A program made the position numbers and the translations under genes. Source: Conexivisphaerales archaeon (GTDB lineage: Archaea > Thermoproteota > Nitrososphaeria > Conexivisphaerales > DTJL01). From it: DNA of 21,525 nucleotides. How positions within the stretch are numbered: position 1 is the stretch's first letter; each line of letters starts with the position of its first letter. The stretch is from NCBI GenBank assembly GCA_049509455.1, contig JBEKZX010000024.1:1-21525 (forward strand), read 5' to 3'. The notes under the pieces are model-generated. The model made no database searches and was not told the DNA's origin. It saw nothing but the letters and a program-made list of their open reading frames with translations. Of this stretch, positions 7,913 to 16,053 are shown piece after piece.

Positions 7913-8425
7913 ATGACTGATATGGTCGTGCTGGCGTTCGACAACATCGACGCCGCTAACAACGTGAAGCACCAACTGATTGAGCTCAATGCAGAATTCC
8001 TGCTAAAGCTCGACCAGGTGGTAGAGGTGGTCAGAAAGGCCGATGGCCAAGTCAAGATCAAGGAGGAGCCAAGGCTTACCGGTGCCGGGGCATTAGGCGG
8101 CGCCTTCTGGGGCCTTCTGGTAGGGCTCGTATTCCTTGCTCCAGGGCTGGGGCTTGCCTTCGGGGCTGTCTCAGGCGCCATCGTGGGTCATTTTGCCAAG
8201 TATGGGATCAGCAAGGAATTCATGGGCAAGATCAACGAGGCAATCAAGCCGGGAGAGTCCGCTCTCTTCATCCTCGCAGAGGATGTCAAAGCCGACAGAG
8301 TAGTTCCGATGCTCGTCCAGTATCATCCAAGGGTCCTCAGGACTTCCCTTACGGCAGCGCAGGAGGCGGAGCTTAAGGAGGCGTTCGGAATCTCGAACAA
8401 CGCAGTCAGCGCGCCCGCCAAATAG
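7913..8425 (+). CDS. DUF1269-family membrane protein
   Basis: GAGALGGAFWGLLVGLVFLAPGLGLAFGA glycine zipper; IKPGESALFILA; PRVLRTSLT...EAELKEA. Confidence 0.88.
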   Translation: MTDMVVLAFDNIDAANNVKHQLIELNAEFLLKLDQVVEVVRKADGQVKIKEEPRLTGAGALGGAFWGLLVGLVFLAPGLGLAFGAVSGAIVGHFAKYGISKEFMGKINEAIKPGESALFILAEDVKADRVVPMLVQYHPRVLRTSLTAAQEAELKEAFGISNNAVSAPAK

Positions 8426-8442
8426 CAAGGAGGAGAAGATAG

Positions 8443-8871
8443 TTGGGAAACAACATTGAGGAGAAGGAAGCCAAGGAAGGGGCGGCCCTCAGGGCGGAGA
8501 TTTCGCATCTAAAGGGAGAGGTCTCACGTCTGAAGACGGAGTTGGCCAATTCCGAAGCGAGGGAGAAAGCCAAGCTCGAGGCCGAGCTCGCGAGCCTGCA
8601 TCAGAAACTGCAGGCAAAGGTGACGGAGGCGAAGCTCAAGTCGGAGAGCGAGGAAAAGATGGCCCGCGCAAAGGTGAAGGCCCAGGTCAGTGACCTCGAA
8701 GGCAAAGCGAGCAAGGCGAGAGCCGAAGCCAAGACGACCATAGAAAGGGAGTCCAAGGCCCGAGCTGAGGTCCTAGAGGCGAAGGCAGCAAAGGCACAAG
8801 GCGAGGCGAAGGCGCGCCTCGAGAAAGGGATCGCCGACGTTCGGAAGAAGTCAAAGAAGGCCGCTGTCTAG
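8443..8871 (+). CDS. Ala/Lys/Glu-rich coiled-coil protein
   Basis: Heptad-rich sequence; AGGAGG at 8428-8433 before TTG; operon position. Confidence 0.8.
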   Translation: MGNNIEEKEAKEGAALRAEISHLKGEVSRLKTELANSEAREKAKLEAELASLHQKLQAKVTEAKLKSESEEKMARAKVKAQVSDLEGKASKARAEAKTTIERESKARAEVLEAKAAKAQGEAKARLEKGIADVRKKSKKAAV

Positions 8872-9465
8872 TTGAACCCACTCAGGCAGCCTGGCTGGCT
8901 CCGAGCCCTTGAAGTCTTCACCGGCGTGTCAAGCATTGCCCTTGGAATACTGGCGCTCGCTTTTCCGGGTTTGAGCGTCGCCGCTCTCGTCGTCCTGCTC
9001 TCGATCGGCCTCATCTTCGTAGGGATAAGGTCGATTTCACTGGTAGCCTTCAGCGGCCTCTCCATGGCATTGAGGGGGATTAGTGCTGTAGCTGGAGTCG
9101 TATCGATAGTCCTCGCCGTGGTGGTCTTGGGCTTCCCGGGATACGGCGCACTGACTCTGGTCGTATTCCTGTCGTACGGCCTGGTGGTTTACGGATTCAG
9201 CAGGATCTACCTCGCCTTCGCTGTCAAGGCTGCGCCCGGATGGCTCAGGGCACTAGGTGCTGTCGTGGGCGTCCTCGATGTCATCTTCCCTGTAGTTGTG
9301 CTCGCCCTTCCAGGCCTGGCACTCTTGACACTCTCTGTCTTGCTCTCCCTGGCGCTGCTCGTCACTGGTGCAGAGATCCTCGTCTCGGGGGTGGTGGGCC
9401 GCACCTGGCTCGGAAACTTGGTGAAAGACGTTTCAGATGTGAGTAAGGAGATCGGAAAGGTCTAG
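8872..9465 (+). CDS. HdeD/DUF308-family membrane protein
   Basis: Internally repeated PGWLRAL...GV.SI..GILALAFPG units; abuts the previous stop codon. Confidence 0.8.
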   Translation: MNPLRQPGWLRALEVFTGVSSIALGILALAFPGLSVAALVVLLSIGLIFVGIRSISLVAFSGLSMALRGISAVAGVVSIVLAVVVLGFPGYGALTLVVFLSYGLVVYGFSRIYLAFAVKAAPGWLRALGAVVGVLDVIFPVVVLALPGLALLTLSVLLSLALLVTGAEILVSGVVGRTWLGNLVKDVSDVSKEIGKV

Positions 9466-9634
9466 CGTCTGCAGTAAGCTCCCTCTCCAATCTCTTTCCT
9501 CCGAGGTCTACAATGCTAAATCATCGAGAGATCTGTTGTAGCGAGGACCATCAGCTCGCGCCAAACCTCTTCTGCTAGGAGAGCACGTCACCTCAGCTCA
9601 AGCATCTGCCACGGGAGTCTCTCAGGTGCCTCAC

Positions 9635-10144
9635 CTATTCGATGGCATACTTCTTCGAAAGGCGTTCTGTGGCCGAGTGGTTGATCAGGGGGCCGTTTGA
9701 CAGGTTGGAATTGCTCACGACCGCGAGCGTTCCCGAGTCTGATTTTATCCATGTGTTCCTCAGGGCGACCCGCACGACCCTCCCCTTTACCGCGCCATAT
9801 TCGACGACATCGTTCAGACGTATGACTCCGTCATGGAAGAGAAGTATACCTGAGATGATGTTGGAGAGCGAAGTCTGCAAGGCGAGAGAAGTTGCGAGAG
9901 CCCCGACTCCAGAGAAAGTCAGCAGTGTGAACTCCGACGCCGCACCTGTCAGGCCAAGGATCCCAGAGGCGACTACGAGAGCCGCCACCACCCTCAGGCT
10001 CGCCCTGATATCGCGGATGACCGTTCGACCTGCCTTTGCGTTCTTAGCTGCGCGCCCGATTATCCAATTGATAGACTCCTCAATCGCGAAGGTTCCGACG
10101 ACCAGCGTGATGGAGCCAATCACTATGCCCGTCTCTGATACCAT
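9635..10144 (-). CDS. Small MscS-family mechanosensitive channel domain protein
   Basis: SLALQTSLSNIISGILLF...IRLNDVVEYGAVKGRVVRVALRNTWIKSDSGTLAVVSNSNL. Confidence 0.88.
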   Translation of the reverse strand: MVSETGIVIGSITLVVGTFAIEESINWIIGRAAKNAKAGRTVIRDIRASLRVVAALVVASGILGLTGAASEFTLLTFSGVGALATSLALQTSLSNIISGILLFHDGVIRLNDVVEYGAVKGRVVRVALRNTWIKSDSGTLAVVSNSNLSNGPLINHSATERLSKKYAIE

Positions 10145-10172
10145 TTCGAGCGGTACTGCGCGGTGTTAGTAC

Positions 10173-10178
10173 TTAAAA
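10173..10178 (-). promoter_or_regulatory. TATA box for the MscS-like gene
   Basis: TTTTAA on the minus strand, 29-34 bp upstream of ATG 10144. Confidence 0.5.
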
Positions 10179-10285
10179 TGAGAGGAGAAACGGTTCAACT
10201 CCAAGTGGTCGTCCAGCGCCCATTCTACTTTGTATAGCCGTTCCTGCTGGAAAAGACAACGGTGTTATCAACCGCCAATCCAGAA

Positions 10286-10315
10286 CGTAGGGCTTGGACC
10301 TGCGAATGGGCTGAC
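10286..10315 (+). repeat. Dispersed site copy 6 (exact core 10290-10305)
   Basis: cgtaGGGCTTGGACCTGCGAatgggctgac. Confidence 0.97.
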
Positions 10316-10414
10316 TCAGTTTTAAGTTTGCCCAACCTGTAGTTTAGGCAAACAGTACTAGTCGCTCATTTGGAGTCTTGGAGTGGCTTCTTAGACAAAC
10401 CCAGTTTTGTTACG

Positions 10415-10438
10415 CGTGGGCCTTGAGGCTGCGAATGG
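10415..10438 (+). repeat. Degenerate site copy
   Basis: cgtGGGCcTTGaggCTGCGAatgg. Confidence 0.6.
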
Positions 10439-10485
10439 CGAGGAATTCGCACATCTCGTCAGCAGCTCCAGTCCTGCGAAAGTCC

Positions 10486-12423
10486 TTAGTCCAGTCCAAG
10501 CCTCTTCAGGAGGTCAAGATACCTTGGGTCGTTGCGAACGCCATCAAGGTCCCAGTCCCATTTGATGTCCAAGAGGGAATCTTCTCGCCTAGAATAGGAC
10601 TTCTCCAGCCACTCGAACCCCTTGTCGACTTCGCCGAGGTAGAAATGGAAACCGGCAATGTTATAGGAGTAAAATGGAGTTTGGCCAAGGTGGGCCTCTA
10701 CCTTAGGCAGAAGCTCTCTGACCCTATGCTTGTCGCCTTCGAAGTAGGCACCATACGCCTCGGCCGCCGTCCTCATCGAAGGATACATGCTCTGAAGATA
10801 CTCGACCCCGGCCTCCATTTCGCGTCTCATCTCTTCAAACATCTTCATCATGCCATAGGCGCCAGCCATATCTCCGTGAGCGCCTTCAAACCCCAATTCG
10901 AGGGCCCGCCTGTACGGTTGGAGCGACTTGGCAAATTCTCTCTTGGAGAAGTATAGGTTCCCGTGGTTCAAATTGATCACCGGTGATAATGGGTCCAGTT
11001 CCACTGCCTTCTCTATCTCCCTCTGAGCTTCGTCCCATCTCAGCTCGGACCGCAGGACCCAATAGTACCACTGGTGAGCGGTGGCGTAGCTTGGCTTAAG
11101 CTCGATCGCCTTCCTGTACTCCTCCTCCGCCTCGTGGAGCTTGTATTCCGATCTCAGCAAATATCCCCTCGTGGTGTGTGCTTCGGCTAAGGAGGGATCG
11201 AGGCCCAGGGCCTTTGCAACCATCGCCTTTGCCTTCGCCAGGTTCGCTTCGGGGTCGACGTTCCAGTTGTTGCGGAGCAGTGCTGCGCAGTCCGCCTGTC
11301 CAACGTACCCCAGAGCGAAGACGGGGTCCTCCTTCGTGGCCTCTTCGAAGAAATCGGAGGCCTTCTTGAGGTCGTCTAATCCTCTCCTATTCCAGAGATA
11401 CCTCCCCTTCAAGTAGAGGGTGTAAGCCTTGGTGCTCTCCGTCGGCTTCCTCCCAATCCGTTGCATCTCCGGCAGGAGAATCTTGACACGAAGGGCATCT
11501 GCCACCTGTCTCGCGATGTCGCTTTGGACCTCGAAGACGTCATCCAGGTTTCTATCGTAGCTCTGAGCCCACAGATGTTCGTCGCCAGCCACGTCGATGA
11601 GCTGGGCGGTCACCCTGATCCGATTTCCTGCCTTTCGGAAGCTCCCTTCGAGCACCGACCCCGACTTCAGCTCTCTTCCGATTTCTCCGATCCTCTTGGT
11701 CGTTCCCTTGTATCCCATTACGGAGGTCCTTGAAATCACCTTAAGGCCGCTGATTCCGGAGACTGTTGAAATGATCTCTTCCGTTATCCCTTCCGCGAAG
11801 AATTCGTCGTTAGGGTCCGGGCTCATGTTCCTGAAAGGAAGGATGGCTATTCGGTCACGCGGGAGATCGATCTCCTCCTTGGAGACTTGCGGTGGTTGCT
11901 CCCACGGCATCACCATCTTGAAGACTTCGAGGGGTGCACTTACATTCTTCAGCGGCTTCTCCCCTAGACTCGCCATCTGCAGCTCGGTCTTGTTCGCAAC
12001 CTGGTCGTAGACTTGGCGAGACAGACACACTCCGCCGTCTTCGGCCAGAGGCTCTATTCTCGATGCGACGTTGACGGCATCACCCGAAATGTCTCCTCGT
12101 GATTCCACGACTTCTCCAAGGTGGATTCCTACCCTGAGATGGATTCTCTTATCCGAAGCAAGGGAGAGGTTGAACTCCCTTATGGCCCTCTGAATGTCGT
12201 ATGCGCATCTCACGGAATCAATGGCGTTCGGGAACTCCACAAGGAAGGCGTCGCCGATCGTCTTCACCTCCCTGCCATTGTGTCTCTTGAGAATGGGTCT
12301 GATCAGATTCCGCTGTTCTTCGACCAAGGCAAGAGATAGGGTTTCGTCTCTCTGCCCGAGGGCGGTGTAGCCTACCATATCTGTGAACATAATCGCGGCC
12401 AGTCTGCGCTGCCCCTCTGACAA
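10486..12423 (-). CDS. Class III adenylate/guanylate cyclase fused to a TolB-like domain and TPR repeats
   Basis: RRLAAIMFTDMVGY, KTIGDAFL, LRVGIHLGEV and DISGDAVNVASRIE catalytic motifs; IAILPFRNMS...FFAEGITEEII domain; TPR helices. Confidence 0.93.
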   Translation of the reverse strand: MSEGQRRLAAIMFTDMVGYTALGQRDETLSLALVEEQRNLIRPILKRHNGREVKTIGDAFLVEFPNAIDSVRCAYDIQRAIREFNLSLASDKRIHLRVGIHLGEVVESRGDISGDAVNVASRIEPLAEDGGVCLSRQVYDQVANKTELQMASLGEKPLKNVSAPLEVFKMVMPWEQPPQVSKEEIDLPRDRIAILPFRNMSPDPNDEFFAEGITEEIISTVSGISGLKVISRTSVMGYKGTTKRIGEIGRELKSGSVLEGSFRKAGNRIRVTAQLIDVAGDEHLWAQSYDRNLDDVFEVQSDIARQVADALRVKILLPEMQRIGRKPTESTKAYTLYLKGRYLWNRRGLDDLKKASDFFEEATKEDPVFALGYVGQADCAALLRNNWNVDPEANLAKAKAMVAKALGLDPSLAEAHTTRGYLLRSEYKLHEAEEEYRKAIELKPSYATAHQWYYWVLRSELRWDEAQREIEKAVELDPLSPVINLNHGNLYFSKREFAKSLQPYRRALELGFEGAHGDMAGAYGMMKMFEEMRREMEAGVEYLQSMYPSMRTAAEAYGAYFEGDKHRVRELLPKVEAHLGQTPFYSYNIAGFHFYLGEVDKGFEWLEKSYSRREDSLLDIKWDWDLDGVRNDPRYLDLLKRLGLD

Positions 12424-12511
12424 CCCTTGTCCCGTGCTCGTACGAGTTCACCCGAAGATAAAACCATTTGCAGACTCTCAGATTGGCCCATTTCTGTCAG
12501 AATCTCAGGAG

Positions 12512-12538
12512 GTGGGCTTGGACCTGCGAAATGGACCG
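12512..12538 (+). repeat. Dispersed site copy 7 (exact core 12514-12529)
   Basis: gtGGGCTTGGACCTGCGAaatggaccg; flanked by CTCAGG (12504-12509) and CCTGAG (12540-12545). Confidence 0.97.
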
Positions 12539-12561
12539 GCCTGAGCAGGGGAGACTCTGCC

Positions 12562-13314
12562 TTAACCTCTTCTGGCCACACACACGATCGACGGACTCTT
12601 CTCGACGAAGGGCACTTTTGCGATGCTTCCGAACACGTCCTGGACTATGTAACCCGTCCGTTCAAGCAATCCCACGAGTTCATCTTTGAAGATGTAGCGG
12701 AGGCGGAACTGGAGCAGACGCCTCTTCACGACGCCGTTCGGACTTACGAAGTCGTAGATCATCGTCGCATCGAACGACTGATTCGGTTTGTCGAACTCTT
12801 GAGAAGAGAGGCAAAGGAGGGTCTGACCTTTGACTTGTTTCACGTGGTCCAGCCTCAGCAGCTGCGACGGCCTATCCGGGTTGGGGTTGAACACTTCGAG
12901 AAGAAGGAGCCCGTCGGGTTCGAGGTGGTCGCAGACGCGACTGAGCGTGTCCTCCTGGTCTTTCACAGTCAGGTTGTGGAGGAAGGAGGCGAACGGTATG
13001 AAGGCCATCTTGAACTTCTGGTCGAGGCGGAAGTCCCGCATGTCTCCTCTTACTATGCGAACCCGTCTTCTCGTAGGTGGTTCCTCTTTCGCAAGCTTCC
13101 TCCTGAAGACGGCGAGCATTCTTCTGTTGATATCTAGCCCCGTTATCTTCAGCCCTGCTTGGGCGATGGGTATGGTGACCCTTCCGGTCCCGCAAGCGCA
13201 CTCGAGGATGGGCCCGCCGCACTTGCTGGCGTATTCGAGATAGAACGGGATGTCGTCTGTCCTGTCGTAGAAGAGATCGTAGAAGCTCGCCTCCACGTCA
13301 TATATGTCGGCCAA
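12562..13314 (-). CDS. Class I SAM-dependent methyltransferase
   Basis: ILECACGTGRV motif I, ITGLDIN, VRGDMRDF; sole gene between copies 7 and 8. Confidence 0.93.
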   Translation of the reverse strand: MADIYDVEASFYDLFYDRTDDIPFYLEYASKCGGPILECACGTGRVTIPIAQAGLKITGLDINRRMLAVFRRKLAKEEPPTRRRVRIVRGDMRDFRLDQKFKMAFIPFASFLHNLTVKDQEDTLSRVCDHLEPDGLLLLEVFNPNPDRPSQLLRLDHVKQVKGQTLLCLSSQEFDKPNQSFDATMIYDFVSPNGVVKRRLLQFRLRYIFKDELVGLLERTGYIVQDVFGSIAKVPFVEKSPSIVCVARRG

Positions 13315-13401
13315 TTCTACTTCAACAGCTGGAAATGCTGAGTGTCCTGTCCCTCATAAACGGTACTTTCCCGGAATGGCTACAGGCGCTAGCAGTTCAG
13401 A

Positions 13402-13434
13402 CGTGGGCTTGGACCTGCGAAGGAATGGGCTGAC
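13402..13434 (+). repeat. Dispersed site copy 8 (exact core 13405-13420)
   Basis: cgtGGGCTTGGACCTGCGAaggaatgggctgac. Confidence 0.97.
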
Positions 13435-13599
13435 CACGCGGAGATAACTCGGATATCTATTGCTGCCGGAAAAGAGATCAATGACACTGGAGAGGCGTCT
13501 TGCATGCGATGCTAATGAAGCTGCGGCGAACGAGCCCTTCTTCTTAGTCGATTCCAAGAGGCAAGGGGATAAATCCAAGGCTCAAGCAAGAAAGAGTGC

Positions 13600-14373
13600 A
13601 TGTTCCACTTTGTCAAGGTGATGGCTGCGGTACTGGTCATCCTGGGTCTTGCGGGAAGCTCCGTGACCGGATACGTCCTCATCAATTCCAGCTACTTCCT
13701 TTCACCTCTCGATAGGGATTCGCAGCTCCTGTCGAACGTCTCCCTCCCCACGACCATCAGCGTCGACCTATCGAACGCCTCCGAGAGCATCAGAGCCGTA
13801 GGGGATTCTCTGCCAGAGTCGATCTCCGTCAACCTGTCCAGCTCTGCTCAGAGCATCAGAGACGTAGGAGACTCCCTGCCAGAATCGATTACAGTAGATC
13901 TATCCAACACCTCCACGAGCCTTAGGAATATGGCAGACTCTCTTCCTAGCTGTATTTCCGTATCTCCCTATGGCTGTGTGTTTGATTTGACGGCTACGAA
14001 GGCGGCACTTTACAACATATCTGACTCATTGAACAACGTGACCGTCAATACAGGTCTAGACGAGTCTAAGGCGGCTCTCTACAACCTATCTGACTCGTTC
14101 GACAACATAAGCGTCAGTGCAGGCCTAGAGAGCACGAGGGTGGCACTCTACAACGTATCTGATTCATTGAGCAACATAGAGGTTACCACCGATTTGGGAA
14201 CGGTTCAGGAGCAGCTTCAGCAAGCTGCACCAACACTCATTCAGTTCAAGGAGGACACGATCATCTTGCTCTCGATTCTCTTCGCTGTGGGCGTGGCCAC
14301 ACTCTTGACAGGAATAGCTCTTGTCCTATTGGTTAGGGACATCGAGAAGATGAGGCAACCCCCCCGGACCTAG
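13600..14373 (+). CDS. Surface protein with N- and C-terminal TM helices and 22-23-aa internal repeats
   Basis: Repeats such as SLPESISVNLSSSAQSIRDVGD and SFDNISVSAGLESTRVALYNVSD; ATAAAT at 13569-13574. Confidence 0.85.
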   Translation: MFHFVKVMAAVLVILGLAGSSVTGYVLINSSYFLSPLDRDSQLLSNVSLPTTISVDLSNASESIRAVGDSLPESISVNLSSSAQSIRDVGDSLPESITVDLSNTSTSLRNMADSLPSCISVSPYGCVFDLTATKAALYNISDSLNNVTVNTGLDESKAALYNLSDSFDNISVSAGLESTRVALYNVSDSLSNIEVTTDLGTVQEQLQQAAPTLIQFKEDTIILLSILFAVGVATLLTGIALVLLVRDIEKMRQPPRT

Positions 14374-14464
14374 ACCAGTCGAAGTCATCGGTCGAAGGCT
14401 CGAGAGGAGAAGCATCGTTTATTGTTGAATTCGTTGCATCAGGATTCTGCGTTCGAGTAGGAAG

Positions 14465-15178
14465 CTAACCCTTCTGTTGCGACGTCACGACTGCTGAAAA
14501 GACGTGATTGCCGCAGTCGGAAAGAACCCTGGTAACCTCGACGGTACTCTGTTGGCCTGCCGGAACATAATACTTGTTAGTCCAGATGGATGAACCGTCC
14601 GACCTGAAGGACACGTTAGCGTATCCACTCACCGGCCCGCTATTCACCAGTATGAATGAGAAAGTCACCTGTTCAGAACACGTGTTCCCTACAATGTAGA
14701 AGTTGACATCATTGCCTGAGCCTCCAGTTGTCGAGAAGGTCCCCGTCACCTGTCCACCTGCAATCAGCGCAACCGTGATATCCTTTGTCTGGCCAGCGTT
14801 GAGAGAGACGGCAGTGCTGTACTGTTTGCCTGCCACGCTGTAGTTGACTGTCACGTACTTCGAAGAGAAGGTCGAGAACGAGTTGTCGAAGGTCAAGTAG
14901 TAGCTACCCGCCAAGGTCGAAGTGTAGCTGAATGAACGCGATCCTGAAACCGTTCCTTGATCCTGAACTGTTTGAGTGACTGGGCTTTGAACAGGCTGAT
15001 TCACATTAAAGGCTGTCAACTGGATGTTCGGCTGCTGCAGCAAGTAATAGGCTGCCACTCCACCAACAGCAACCAGCACCACAACTACCACCGCCGCAAC
15101 AATCCAAACCATCCGCCTGCTCTTGGGAGCTTGCCTAGCCCCCTTAGGCTTCTCTTCCGCCACAGGTAGAAGAAACAC
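14465..15178 (-). CDS. Membrane-anchored protein with GOLD-like beta-sandwich (likely start GTG 15163)
   Basis: TM helix followed by GSYYLTFDNSFSTFSSKYVTVNY, which resembles the GOLD/p24 motif; TTAAAC at 15188-15193 fits a start at 15163. Confidence 0.75.
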   Translation of the reverse strand: MFLLPVAEEKPKGARQAPKSRRMVWIVAAVVVVVLVAVGGVAAYYLLQQPNIQLTAFNVNQPVQSPVTQTVQDQGTVSGSRSFSYTSTLAGSYYLTFDNSFSTFSSKYVTVNYSVAGKQYSTAVSLNAGQTKDITVALIAGGQVTGTFSTTGGSGNDVNFYIVGNTCSEQVTFSFILVNSGPVSGYANVSFRSDGSSIWTNKYYVPAGQQSTVEVTRVLSDCGNHVFSAVVTSQQKG

Positions 15179-15276
15179 GGCCGTGCAGTTTAAGCATTTG
15201 TTAATGAGGCGGAATGGTTATCCATGCCTAAGAGAAAGCCGTGGTTTGAACATAGCATCCTATGTCCCTGTCTGAT

Positions 15277-15981
15277 TCAGATGAGATCCAGAATCTTGCG
15301 GGGGACCGTATAGGTGGCCCCACAGAACTGGCACTTTCCCGTGGGCTCTTTGCTCTTCAGCGGGATGGCCGCCCCGCAAGTGGGGCACTTGATTTGGAGC
15401 GCACCGTCCTTGAAGTCGAAGCTGGCTGCGATGTTGTAGTTGACGGTCTCTCGCTGCATCAGGTTCTTGCTGACATAGCTCTGCCCATCAAATATGCCGT
15501 CAACGACACCGCTGGCGATTAGAGACTCTATCCTTCTCTTCCCATCTTGGAACCCGTTGGGTAAGCCATAACGACTGAGGATTGAGCAGACATCAGCGAC
15601 GCTGACTCTCTCCCTCGACTTCGTCAATTGGATTACCTCCCTTGCCCCTTCTTCTTCGTTCTTGACTGTCTTTATGGCCCAAACGAGGCGGTCGTAGCTA
15701 CCCAAATCCGAAGACTCGAAGCTCAAGAGATACTCATTTCCGTCTGGGTATGTCAAGTCCAACCTGACTACCTGCTTCTTCAAAATCAGACCCGTCAGCT
15801 ACTGGTCGTGACCGTGGATGCATCCATAAGGGAACCTGAGCTGGATCTGTCCTCGTGACACGAGTTTGAACTCTCTGATGTTCCCGTCGTAAGTGAAGAG
15901 GGCATCCATCTTATCGAAGTAGGAACGATTCCTGAAGATAGTACAGCCGCCGCCAATCAGGTCGATAGAGTCCACAGTCAT
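15277..15981 (-). pseudogene. Protein with C-terminal double Zn ribbon, split by an in-frame TAG at 15799-15801
   Basis: ORFs 15799..15981 and 15277..15783 are in the same frame (...HGHDQ*LTGLILKKQVV...); C-terminus CPTCG...CQFCG. Confidence 0.75.
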
Positions 15982-16004
15982 TGTCGAGTATCGAGCGAAC
16001 TATT

Positions 16005-16030
16005 AGCTTTGTCCCTGCGAAGAATAGCCG
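16005..16030 (+). repeat. Degenerate site copy at the right end of the array
   Basis: agctttgtcCCTGCGAagaatagccg; 11/16 core match plus a partial right arm. Confidence 0.45.
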
Positions 16031-16053
16031 CTGTTCAGAGAACAGCAGGACCG

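Larger units (their letters stand above)
244..16030 (+). mobile_element. Putative gene-cassette array delimited by directly repeated GGGCTTGGACCTGCGA sites
   Basis: 11 same-strand copies of the motif separate modules of 1 to 7 genes. The repeats are seen directly; mobility is inferred and no recombinase is present in the window. Confidence 0.5.

Noticed and set aside
10490-10502. Minus-strand partial match AGGCTTGGAC, plus CCTGCGAACGGG near 21007 and GCAGGTCCA near 16562
   Set aside because: All are short, lie inside coding sequence and are explained by the codons (RLGLD, NPFAG, VDLL).
12427-13137. Long antisense ORFs (also 287..712, 2014..2649, 10378..10956, 17493..18338, 19904..20857, 16009..16542)
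   Set aside because: They shadow well-supported genes on the opposite strand and show no recognisable motifs.
247-13420. CRISPR array interpretation of the repeated motif
   Set aside because: Intervening sequences are 0.6-3.9 kb and contain whole genes; the exact repeat is only 16 bp; no cas genes are present.
247-13420. Motif as a promoter or terminator element
   Set aside because: Its strand is fixed while neighbouring genes point both ways, and distances to starts and stops are inconsistent.
247-13420. Motif as a sequencing adapter or primer artefact
   Set aside because: It does not resemble common adapters I know, and diverged copies and a degenerate spaced arm indicate evolution in place. 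Long-read confirmation is still advisable.
15239-15252. CGTGGTTTGAAC and AACGTAGACTTGGA (about 6313-6327) as extra site remnants
   Set aside because: Too little identity and no CTGCGA half; they cannot be separated from chance by eye.
1323-15801. Amber (TAG) recoding or pyrrolysine to explain three in-frame TAGs
   Set aside because: TAG is clearly a normal stop here (8425 before an RBS, 8871 directly before the next start, 9465, 14373, 20807). A fourth lesion is TGA, and the 7.5-kb case also has an indel, so decay is the simpler explanation.
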